Assembly (NCBI GenBank): GCA_964519305.1
Contig: CAZFHY010000021.1
Span: 1-50,474 of the forward strand
DNA length: 50,474 bases
Source: Candidatus Undinarchaeota archaeon
Lineage (GTDB): Archaea; SpSt-1190; JASMDC01
Reading direction: 5' to 3'
Shown: positions 28,169-35,659 of the stretch, piece by piece
Position numbering within the stretch: the stretch's first letter is position 1
Layout of the letters: the number at the start of each line of letters is the position of its first letter
The notes under the pieces: generated by a model
What the model was told of the DNA's origin: nothing
Database searches by the model: none
What the model saw: the letters and a program-made list of their open reading frames with translations, nothing else
Program-made: the position numbers and the translations under genes

Positions 28169-31100
28169 ATGATGAAGGCAAAGGCACTTTTGTTATCCCT
28201 GGTCTTGTTGCTGTCTCTTGGACTAGCAGAGGACCTGGGTGGAGAATCAGCCAATGGGGCGCTTCCGGGCGTCATCATTGCGACGGACGCGAACTACCCC
28301 GATGCAATCGTATCGGGTGCAGCAGCAGAGTACATGGGTTTGAGCGTACTCCTTACAGAAATGGAAGCCCTTTCTGATGATATTAAGGCCTTCCTTGACG
28401 AGGAGAAGCCCGACGAGGTCATCCTCATTGGTGGTGAGGCCGTAATCTCGGCAGCCATCGAGGAAGGACTTACGGCGAGCGGCTTCGATGTCACCCGTCT
28501 GTGGGGTGCGACCCGGTACGGTACGTCCGCCGAGATCGCTAAGTACTTTTTCAGCGAGGGCGTCGAGGAGGCCGTTCTGGTCAGCGACGTTCTTGGTAAC
28601 AACGAGGGGAACGAGGACGAGCTCCTGGCAGTGGCCAAGTCACTGGCCGCCAAGGACGCCCTGCCTGTTCTGCTCACGGGCAACGATGTGCTCGCCGCCG
28701 AGGTTGCTTCGGCCCTAACCGATCTGGGTGTGGGCAAGGTCTACCTTATCGGTAAGACATTCGATGCTAATGTCACTGAGGAGCTCAAGACACTTAATAT
28801 AGAGGTCGAGCTTATCTCGGGAGAGGACACCGAGGAAGTAACCAAGAAGGTCGAGGAGAAGGTCGTCGACGAGCTTATCAAAGAGGGCGTCACCCGCCTG
28901 CTCGTGGTCGCACCCGGTGTCGACTTCAAGAACGTCATCGCGATGCCGGCCATGCCTGAGAAGGCTGCGGCCAAGATCATCAAGGACGAGAGCGAGATCC
29001 CGGACCTTGTGGCCTTCATCAACGAGAAGGGCATCAAGGAGGTCAAGGTCGTCGGTAAGCCCGAGCTTGTGAGCAAGATCGCGGCCCAGCTCCTCCTTAC
29101 AGAGGGTGTTCGAGTGGACGCCATGTCCGCCAAGGACATTGGCCGCAAGCTCGTTGAGAGCGCTAAGGCCATGAAGAATGAGTGGGCCGAGAAGCGCGAA
29201 AAGTTCAAGGAGAAGGCCGCTGAGCGCCTTGCCAAGAACAAGGACAAGCTCGATGCCAAGCTCGTAGAGGCAATTGAGGAGGCCGAAGCCTTCCTTCTTG
29301 ACCTTGAGGCCCAGCTCGAGGAGCTCGAGGCCACGGCCGAGACCGAGGACGAGATCGCCGCCGTAGAGGCAGCGCTCAAGAAGTACGAGGCCGCCGAAGC
29401 CATCATCGCCAAGGCTAAGGAAGCCCAGGCAGCTGGTAAGCTCGACCTCGCGCTCAAGACCCTGCGCAAGGCCCACAACGAGGCCAAGAACGTGCGCTGG
29501 GGCGCAATCAAGAAGTTCTACGCTGGTGACGAGGACACCGCCCGGCAGAAGATCGACGAGCTCTTGGACGAGGAGAGGGCCGGTATGGGCCGGTTCGCAA
29601 ACGGCATCATGAAAGAGTTCGAACACTTCAAGGGCTTCATGGACGAAGCGCAGTCCGCCGGCTTCATCGCCGACGAGTGCGCAGCGCTAATCGCCGATGC
29701 TGAGGGCATGGCAGACGACGTGCTAAGCGAGTTCGACGGGGTCGACTACCGCCGCGCCCGCATCATCGCCTCCCGGACGAAGCAGAAGCTAGCGAAGTGC
29801 ATGACCGCCACTCGCGTGAACGCCAAGAAGGACGCTGCCAAGGGCAAGCTCTTTGACGCTGCATTCGAGGCTAAGAATCTCGCAGAGGGCTTCGAGGACC
29901 GGATGGGTATGTGCGAGGACCGATGCGACGAGGAGTTCGACAACTGTATGGACTTCATCGGTGGGTGCGAGGACCGCTGCTCCGAGAAGGCCGCAGAGTG
30001 CGAAGCCGGTGCCGAGGACATCCTTGCCCGCTGTGCCGAGGTCGGAGACCAGGACCTGAGCGCTGTCGTCGACGAGTGTCTCTCAAGCTGTGACTTCATC
30101 CTCGAAGATACTGAGGACGCCGAGGCATCCGACGTCGAGTATGGCCTGTGCCTCGACGAGTGTGGTGCCATCCAGGAGGAGGCCGAATCATCCATCGAGA
30201 ACTGCGAGGCAGAGGCCGAGATGTTCTCGGAAGAGTGCGAAGCAAAGATCGATGACTGCAACGACTTCTGTCAGCAGTCCAGCGAATCCAAGTGCCAGGA
30301 GGGTGTGGAACAGTGCGTCCCCAAGTGTCTGGGCAAGCGGTTCTTCCGCCCTGGTCTCACCGATAACATCTGCGCTGCCAAGTGCAAGTTCGCCCGCGAC
30401 AGGAAGGGCTGCCTCGAAAAGTGCGAGGACGAGTCCCTTGAGGAGGGTCAGCTGCACGAGAACAAGCGCAAGTGCGAGGGCGAGGCCCACAAGGTTGCCA
30501 ACAAGTGCTTCGACGGTTGTGAGCGCAAGTGCGCGAACGCCAAGGACGTGTGCATCACACGCGAGCGCTGCAAGGTGACGCGCGAGGGTGATGAGATCAA
30601 GCGCGATTGCGTGAAGGTCGAGGAGTGCAAGCCTGAGCTCTGCTTCGCAAGGTGCGAGGAGGGCTGCGAGAAGGCGGCCAAGGCCTACACCTACAAGTGC
30701 GCTGCCAAGCGCCCGAAGACCATTGTCAAGCTTGGCGGTTGTGCTGACGAGTGTTCCAAGTTCAAGGGTAAGCCCTTCCAGCACATGCAGTGCATGGAGA
30801 AGTGCCGAATCAAGGCCGTGGCCAAGCATATGGTCCCGCCCCAGCACATGAAGAAGTGTCAGGAGAAGTGCAAGGGCGAGAAGAACAAGGCCAAGTGTAT
30901 GACCAAGTGCATCGCACCGCCTGGTATCGGTAAGCGCGCCGAGCGCCCCGGAAAGCCTGGTGACAGGTTCGACATGAAGAGGGCAAAAGCCGAGTGTGCC
31001 ATGGACTGTGCTGACAAGCTCAACATAGACCTCGGTACGGCTGCCAGGAAGTTCTCCGGTCAGGCCGGTAAGTACGGTGGGGAGCAGCCTCCCAAGGAGA

Positions 31101-32605
31101 TGCCTCCAAAGGAAGAACCTCCCAAGGAGCAGCCCGCCACCGGTCTGCCCCAGATCCCTCCCGAATGTCTGAGACCTATGCACCCTGCGTTCAAGACGCC
31201 CAAGTGCGTGGAGATCAGGCAGAAGGCCAAGGCGCTAGCTGCCAACCGCCCCGGTATGGGCGGTCCTGAGGACGAGCCGACTCTCTACGGTGCAGTCAAG
31301 GAGGCTCGCCAGGGTGCGAATGAGTTCGGTCAGGGCATGGACCTCGCCAAGGCCGCCGTCAAGATGGCCGGTGAGATGCGTGCTGGTGCTGCCAAGATGA
31401 ACATCTGCATCCAGAAGTGCGTTGAGCGGAAGCGCGACGCGTGGATGAAGGATCACAAGCCCGCCGAACCGGTCGAGCTAATCGAGGCTGAGCTCGAGAA
31501 GTGTCAGGCCGACGACGACTGTGGAAACCTCGAGTGCCCCATGGCCATCGGTATGGACACGCCCATGTGCCTTGATGGCGAGTGCGTGTGCAGCGGCTAC
31601 GGTGACGAGGACTTCCCTGAGGAAGAACTCATCTCCGAGGAGGACTGCGACAACCTCTGCGGGGACATCGACGATCCCGAGGAGCAGTACATCTGCATCT
31701 CTGCATGCAAGGGCGAGGACATCGACTTCGTCGAACTACCTGACGATGTCGAGGACATCTTCGACGACGCTGAGGATCTAATCGACGAGGAGCTCGAACA
31801 GGAGTTCGCCGATGAGGCTCAAGACCTTCTGGACGAGGCCGGGGACTACTTCGACGAGTCCGGTGAGGTCTTTGACGAGTTCGGTGAACTGGGATGTGTT
31901 GTAGATGAGGACTGTCTCGAGGGCGAGCTGTGCTTCGACGGCATCTGCGAGTACGTTGGTGGGGAGGACCTTGGTGACGAGTACGTCGACGAGGGGGAAG
32001 ATCCCGAGTGCCAGGTCGACGATGACTGCGGCGAGGACTTCTACTGCGAAGTGGAGTTCTGCATCCCTCTGACTGACGAGGGCATCGGCGACGAGGACCT
32101 CAGCGACTACGGTTACGACGACTACGAGACACCGGACATGACTGACGACGATTCAGGTGTTATCGATGTACCCGACGAGGACTTCGACGATGGTGCGGAC
32201 GTAGATACGGACAACGCAGATGTGATCATCGACGACGAGGGTGTTGACGTAGACACCAGCGGTGCTGATGTGAGCACTGGCGACGATGGTGTTGACGTAG
32301 ACACCGACTACGCTGATGTGAGCACCGGCGACGATGGTGTTGACGTAGACACCGACGACGTGGACGTGACCACCAGCGACGATGGTGTTGACGTAGACAC
32401 CGACGACTACGACACCGGCGACTACGACACCGGCGACTACGACACCGGCGACTACGACACCGGCGACTACGACACTGGCGACTATGATACCGGTGGTAGC
32501 GACTACGACACTGGCGACTATGACACCGGTGGTAGCGACTACGACACTGGCGACTATGATACCGGTGGTAGTGACTACGACACCGGTGGAATGGGCGACT
32601 TCTAA
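28169..32605 (+). CDS. giant secreted protein: cell-wall-binding-repeat-2-like N-terminus, coiled coil, Cys-rich regions, Asp-rich repeat tail
   Basis: Signal peptide; NYPDAIVS...VLLT, VILIGGEAVIS and RLWGATRYGTS (CWB2 signatures); many CxxxC; C-terminal GVDVDT and DYDTG repeats; strong codon bias. Confidence 0.88.
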   Translation: MMKAKALLLSLVLLLSLGLAEDLGGESANGALPGVIIATDANYPDAIVSGAAAEYMGLSVLLTEMEALSDDIKAFLDEEKPDEVILIGGEAVISAAIEEGLTASGFDVTRLWGATRYGTSAEIAKYFFSEGVEEAVLVSDVLGNNEGNEDELLAVAKSLAAKDALPVLLTGNDVLAAEVASALTDLGVGKVYLIGKTFDANVTEELKTLNIEVELISGEDTEEVTKKVEEKVVDELIKEGVTRLLVVAPGVDFKNVIAMPAMPEKAAAKIIKDESEIPDLVAFINEKGIKEVKVVGKPELVSKIAAQLLLTEGVRVDAMSAKDIGRKLVESAKAMKNEWAEKREKFKEKAAERLAKNKDKLDAKLVEAIEEAEAFLLDLEAQLEELEATAETEDEIAAVEAALKKYEAAEAIIAKAKEAQAAGKLDLALKTLRKAHNEAKNVRWGAIKKFYAGDEDTARQKIDELLDEERAGMGRFANGIMKEFEHFKGFMDEAQSAGFIADECAALIADAEGMADDVLSEFDGVDYRRARIIASRTKQKLAKCMTATRVNAKKDAAKGKLFDAAFEAKNLAEGFEDRMGMCEDRCDEEFDNCMDFIGGCEDRCSEKAAECEAGAEDILARCAEVGDQDLSAVVDECLSSCDFILEDTEDAEASDVEYGLCLDECGAIQEEAESSIENCEAEAEMFSEECEAKIDDCNDFCQQSSESKCQEGVEQCVPKCLGKRFFRPGLTDNICAAKCKFARDRKGCLEKCEDESLEEGQLHENKRKCEGEAHKVANKCFDGCERKCANAKDVCITRERCKVTREGDEIKRDCVKVEECKPELCFARCEEGCEKAAKAYTYKCAAKRPKTIVKLGGCADECSKFKGKPFQHMQCMEKCRIKAVAKHMVPPQHMKKCQEKCKGEKNKAKCMTKCIAPPGIGKRAERPGKPGDRFDMKRAKAECAMDCADKLNIDLGTAARKFSGQAGKYGGEQPPKEMPPKEEPPKEQPATGLPQIPPECLRPMHPAFKTPKCVEIRQKAKALAANRPGMGGPEDEPTLYGAVKEARQGANEFGQGMDLAKAAVKMAGEMRAGAAKMNICIQKCVERKRDAWMKDHKPAEPVELIEAELEKCQADDDCGNLECPMAIGMDTPMCLDGECVCSGYGDEDFPEEELISEEDCDNLCGDIDDPEEQYICISACKGEDIDFVELPDDVEDIFDDAEDLIDEELEQEFADEAQDLLDEAGDYFDESGEVFDEFGELGCVVDEDCLEGELCFDGICEYVGGEDLGDEYVDEGEDPECQVDDDCGEDFYCEVEFCIPLTDEGIGDEDLSDYGYDDYETPDMTDDDSGVIDVPDEDFDDGADVDTDNADVIIDDEGVDVDTSGADVSTGDDGVDVDTDYADVSTGDDGVDVDTDDVDVTTSDDGVDVDTDDYDTGDYDTGDYDTGDYDTGDYDTGDYDTGGSDYDTGDYDTGGSDYDTGDYDTGGSDYDTGGMGDF
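32240..32401 (+). repeat. 48-bp-period coding repeat with invariant GGTGTTGACGTAGACACC, 4 copies
   Basis: Identical 18-mers at 32240, 32288, 32336 and 32384, encoding GVDVDT. Confidence 0.9.
32405..32590 (+). repeat. 15-bp/36-bp coding tandem repeat (DYDTG)n and (DYDTGGS DYDTG)n
   Basis: GACTACGACACCGGC tandem units followed by GGTAGC-containing variants. Confidence 0.9.
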
Positions 32606-32630
32606 AGACGTCGACCAGTTGAATAAGTTA

Positions 32631-32669
32631 GACGTCGCGGGCTTCGGCCCGCGGCGTCGCCTTTTTATT
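32631..32669 (+). terminator. hairpin with C(UUCG)G tetraloop plus U-tract
   Basis: GACGTCGCGGGC-TTCG-GCCCGCGGCGTC (12-bp stem, one G-U pair), then GCCTTTTTATT. Confidence 0.75.
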
Positions 32670-32691
32670 CTTATATTATTCTCATCGTAGC

Positions 32692-32970
32692 ATGAAGAAT
32701 GAGAGATTTCTTGCCCTGCTGATCATCGGCCTTGTATTGGCCGCTGGTTGCACGGGCGGTGAGGATGTTGAAGTGGACACGGGCGACGTCAAGGTCGACG
32801 TCAGCGGTGATGATGTCAATGTGGACACTGGTGATGTCAAGGTCGACGTCAGCGGCGATGATGTCAATGTGGACACTGGTGACGTCAGTGTGGAGACCGA
32901 TGGAGACGGTGCGAAGGTGGACACAGGCGATTACGAAGTGGACACGGAAGACCTGGACCTCCCCGTATAA
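32692..32970 (+). CDS. small acidic lipoprotein made of 16-aa VDTGD repeats
   Basis: MKNERFLALLIIGLVLAAG-C lipobox; VDTGDVKVDVSGDDVN with 48-bp periodicity. Confidence 0.85.
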   Translation: MKNERFLALLIIGLVLAAGCTGGEDVEVDTGDVKVDVSGDDVNVDTGDVKVDVSGDDVNVDTGDVSVETDGDGAKVDTGDYEVDTEDLDLPV

Positions 32971-32987
32971 CTTGACTGGACGTGAAT

Positions 32988-33030
32988 CGTGGCGCCGCCG
33001 CATCTCCGCAGCGTCACCTTTTTATTTATT
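32988..33030 (+). terminator. imperfect hairpin plus U-tract
   Basis: GTGGCGCCGCCG...CGCAGCGTCAC followed by CTTTTTATTTATT. Confidence 0.5.
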
Positions 33031-33048
33031 ACCAGATAAGTCGGTCCT

Positions 33049-35148
33049 ATGAAAATGAACAAGCTACTTGCAGTGCTAATGCTCGCACTGCTCCTCGGAG
33101 CTGTACCTGTCGGATTGGCCCAAGAGGGTGCGGACGCAGCAGTCGAGACCGTGACCGATGACTCGTCCGCGGATACCGCGGGTGACACTTTAAGCGATGC
33201 TGTCGTGGACGGCGAGCTCGACCGAGCTGCTGTAAAGGAGGCGATCACGAAAGCGTACGTCGCCAAGAAGCTCACTCGCATCCATGTACGCAGGGTACTG
33301 GCGCGCATGTACGCCCGTCGTGTGCTCACGCGAGCGGACCTCAGGTGGTTGCTGGTCAACTCCTACAAGGAAGGCAAGCTCACCCGCGACGATGTGCGCG
33401 AGCTAGTTTTCAACATGTACAAGGAGAAGCACCTGCGCCGCGCTGACGTGCGTTGGCTCATCATCAATGCCTACAAGAACGACGAGCTCACCCGCGATGA
33501 CGTTCGCGAGATGCTCGGTGCAGCGCACAAGGCCGGAGTGCTCACGAAGGAGGACCTCAAGGAGCTCGTGGTCGCGGCCTACAAGGCCGGCGAGCTCAAG
33601 CGATCGGACCTACTTGAACTGACGGGCGCCATGTACAAGAACGGCCATCTTACACGTGCGGACCTCAAATGGCTCATCATCAATGGCTACAAGGCCGGTG
33701 AACTGCGACGAAGCGACCTTCGCTTCATACTCGCAAAAGGACACAAGCTCGGCCACCTCAAGCGGGAGGACCTGCGTTGGATCCTGGTACAGGCACACAA
33801 GGCCAAGGAGTTGGAGAGCGAGGACGTCGCCGGGCTCCTGAGAGAGGCCGTGGCACAGGGTGAGCTAACCGCCGACGACGCGAGCGGTATACTTACCGAA
33901 GCCTATGACGCCGGCGAGCTCACTCAAGAGGAGGTCGCTGTCGAGGAGGTCAACGATGTGAAGGTCACCGCAATCGAGGAGGAGGACGAGGTCTTCACAA
34001 ATGACGCATCTGTCGTCATTTTCCTGGCAGTCAAGGCCAAGCTCCTCGAGATGGACCTCCGCGCCCAAGCGCTCATCTCCTTCGCCAAGGAGAAGGGCAA
34101 GGACGTGACCACGCTCATCGACAAGCGTGCTGCTTTCATCGACGCCGTCCAGGAGCTTGAGGACGCTGCTCAGGATGGCGACAAGGAGGCAATAAAACTG
34201 AAGGGTGCGGCCGTTGGGAAGGCCGTCATCGAGTTCCAGAAGGAAGGTTTGAAGGTACTCCCGCTCCTGCAGCGAAAGGGTATCATCCCCTACACCAAAG
34301 CACGTCTCGAAGAGAACAAGGGTAGGCTGGACGAGCTCAAGAAGATGGTGGCGCTCCGCGTGGCCGCCCGTCGCCTTGCTGCATTCGACCGCCACGTCAG
34401 GCTCGCCGAACGGCTCGTGGCACGTGCGAAAGCAGAGGGGCTCGACACGTCCGCCGTGGATCCCAAGCTCGCTGAGGTCAAGGAGGCCCGGGCAGCGCTC
34501 ACTGAGGCGTTCAACAGCGGTGACAAGGCCGCTATCACCAAGGCGGCCCAAGACGTCAAGAAGAAGGGTGCTGAGCTAAAGCGCGTGTTCGAACGCGAGG
34601 CACGTAAGGCCATGGCAACCAAGTTCCTAGCACAGGCCGACATTGCCTCGGCCAAGGTGCACGGTTTCCTCGATGCTGCTGATGCTCGTGACCTGGACAC
34701 TGTCAAGGAGCGGGCCCGGCTAACCAAGATCGACGCTGATATCGAAGCAGCCCGTACCAACCTCGAGGCCGGTAAGTACGGCAAGGCGCTCGGGAACCTG
34801 CGCGCAGCGAACCGCAAGCTCCACGCGCTAAAGGCCGCCATGAAGCGCCGCACATTATTCGGCAAGGGCGGAGCTATCCGCGCCTTCGTGAAGAAGGTGG
34901 ACCGCCCGCTCGTAAGGCTCCATCGTGCCGCACTGGCCCTGGAGAAACGCGGCGTTGACATTTCCGCCGAGAAGGAGCAGGCCAAGCAGGTTAGGGAACT
35001 GCTGAAGAGTGCGGAAGAGAAGGCCAAGGCCGAGGACTTTGACGGCGCCCTCGACGATGCTGCAAAGGCCCGGGAGACGTTCAACGCCCTGAGGATCTCG
35101 CTGGTAGCCAAGGTCAAGGCGGCCAAGGCCGCAGAAGGGGGTGCCTGA
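33049..35148 (+). CDS. secreted protein with 13 x 18-aa helical repeats and basic coiled-coil C-terminal half
   Basis: Signal peptide ending GLA-Q; repeats such as GKLTRDDVRELVFNMYKE; Ala/Lys-rich helical C-terminus. Confidence 0.88.
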   Translation: MKMNKLLAVLMLALLLGAVPVGLAQEGADAAVETVTDDSSADTAGDTLSDAVVDGELDRAAVKEAITKAYVAKKLTRIHVRRVLARMYARRVLTRADLRWLLVNSYKEGKLTRDDVRELVFNMYKEKHLRRADVRWLIINAYKNDELTRDDVREMLGAAHKAGVLTKEDLKELVVAAYKAGELKRSDLLELTGAMYKNGHLTRADLKWLIINGYKAGELRRSDLRFILAKGHKLGHLKREDLRWILVQAHKAKELESEDVAGLLREAVAQGELTADDASGILTEAYDAGELTQEEVAVEEVNDVKVTAIEEEDEVFTNDASVVIFLAVKAKLLEMDLRAQALISFAKEKGKDVTTLIDKRAAFIDAVQELEDAAQDGDKEAIKLKGAAVGKAVIEFQKEGLKVLPLLQRKGIIPYTKARLEENKGRLDELKKMVALRVAARRLAAFDRHVRLAERLVARAKAEGLDTSAVDPKLAEVKEARAALTEAFNSGDKAAITKAAQDVKKKGAELKRVFEREARKAMATKFLAQADIASAKVHGFLDAADARDLDTVKERARLTKIDADIEAARTNLEAGKYGKALGNLRAANRKLHALKAAMKRRTLFGKGGAIRAFVKKVDRPLVRLHRAALALEKRGVDISAEKEQAKQVRELLKSAEEKAKAEDFDGALDDAAKARETFNALRISLVAKVKAAKAAEGGA
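33211..33912 (+). repeat. 13 tandem 54-bp (18-aa) degenerate coding repeats
   Basis: Gap-free 18-residue register from GELDRAAVKEAITKAYVA to GELTADDASGILTEAYDA. Confidence 0.85.
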
Positions 35149-35149
35149 G

Positions 35150-35524
35150 ATGGAACGGAGCACCGTGTACACCCTATTGGCATTGGGCCTGATCGTGTGC
35201 TTGGCGATGACCGCCGGGTGTGTTGGTCGCGGGAAGAGAGGGGGCGCCAAGCAGCCGCCAGCGGCCACCAAGGCACCGCCCGCTCCTGCAACGTCCGATG
35301 CACCTGCGGCAACGACGGCTCCGGCCGCTACCGAGACGCCCGCAGACATGCCCACGGAACCGGTCACTGAGGACGATCTGGACCTCACCGGTATCGATGA
35401 GCTTGACGTGGTAAGCGGTGACGACACGGACCTAGAGATCCCCGAGATCCCTGAGGATGACCTTGAGATCCCCGATATGGACTTCGGGGCCGAGGACAGC
35501 ATCGACGTAGGCAACCTCGAATAG
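35150..35524 (+). CDS. lipoprotein with Ala/Pro/Thr linker and acidic tail
   Basis: ATG 1 nt after the upstream stop; LIVCLAMTAG-C lipobox; DDTDLEIPEIPEDDLEIPDMDF. Confidence 0.8.
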   Translation: MERSTVYTLLALGLIVCLAMTAGCVGRGKRGGAKQPPAATKAPPAPATSDAPAATTAPAATETPADMPTEPVTEDDLDLTGIDELDVVSGDDTDLEIPEIPEDDLEIPDMDFGAEDSIDVGNLE

Positions 35525-35547
35525 AGCGACTAAGAGCTAGTAGGACA

Positions 35548-35591
35548 TCCGCCCGGACCACCCGGCCCGGGCGGACTTGTTCTTTCTTTCC
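35548..35591 (+). terminator. hairpin plus pyrimidine tract
   Basis: TCCGCCCGG (35548-35556) pairs with CCGGGCGGA (35567-35575), then CTTGTTCTTTCTTTC. Confidence 0.65.
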
Positions 35592-35659
35592 CCCCACCTT
35601 TCGCGAAGCCGCCCCGCTCCGGGATTATACATATAAATGAAGTCCGCTTCTGTCCATGC

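Noticed and set aside
28003-28377. 124-aa ORF spanning the AT-rich control region
   Set aside because: It overlaps the giant gene out of frame, has atypical composition and runs through promoter elements.
29900-31020. Multiheme cytochrome interpretation of the Cys-rich regions
   Set aside because: Motifs are CxxxC without CxxCH; the same applies to the Cys/Trp ectodomains.
28715-31183. Long antisense ORFs (303, 256 and 331 aa) opposite the giant gene, and similar ones elsewhere (34290-35312, 36362-37396, 42121-43131)
   Set aside because: Shadow ORFs expected from high GC and strong codon bias; they fully overlap well-supported genes and carry no motifs.
32240-32401. CRISPR-like pattern: four identical 18-bp repeats with palindromic ends and 30-bp spacers
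   Set aside because: The spacers resemble each other, the period is exactly 16 codons in frame within a long ORF, the repeat is too short, and no cas genes are present.
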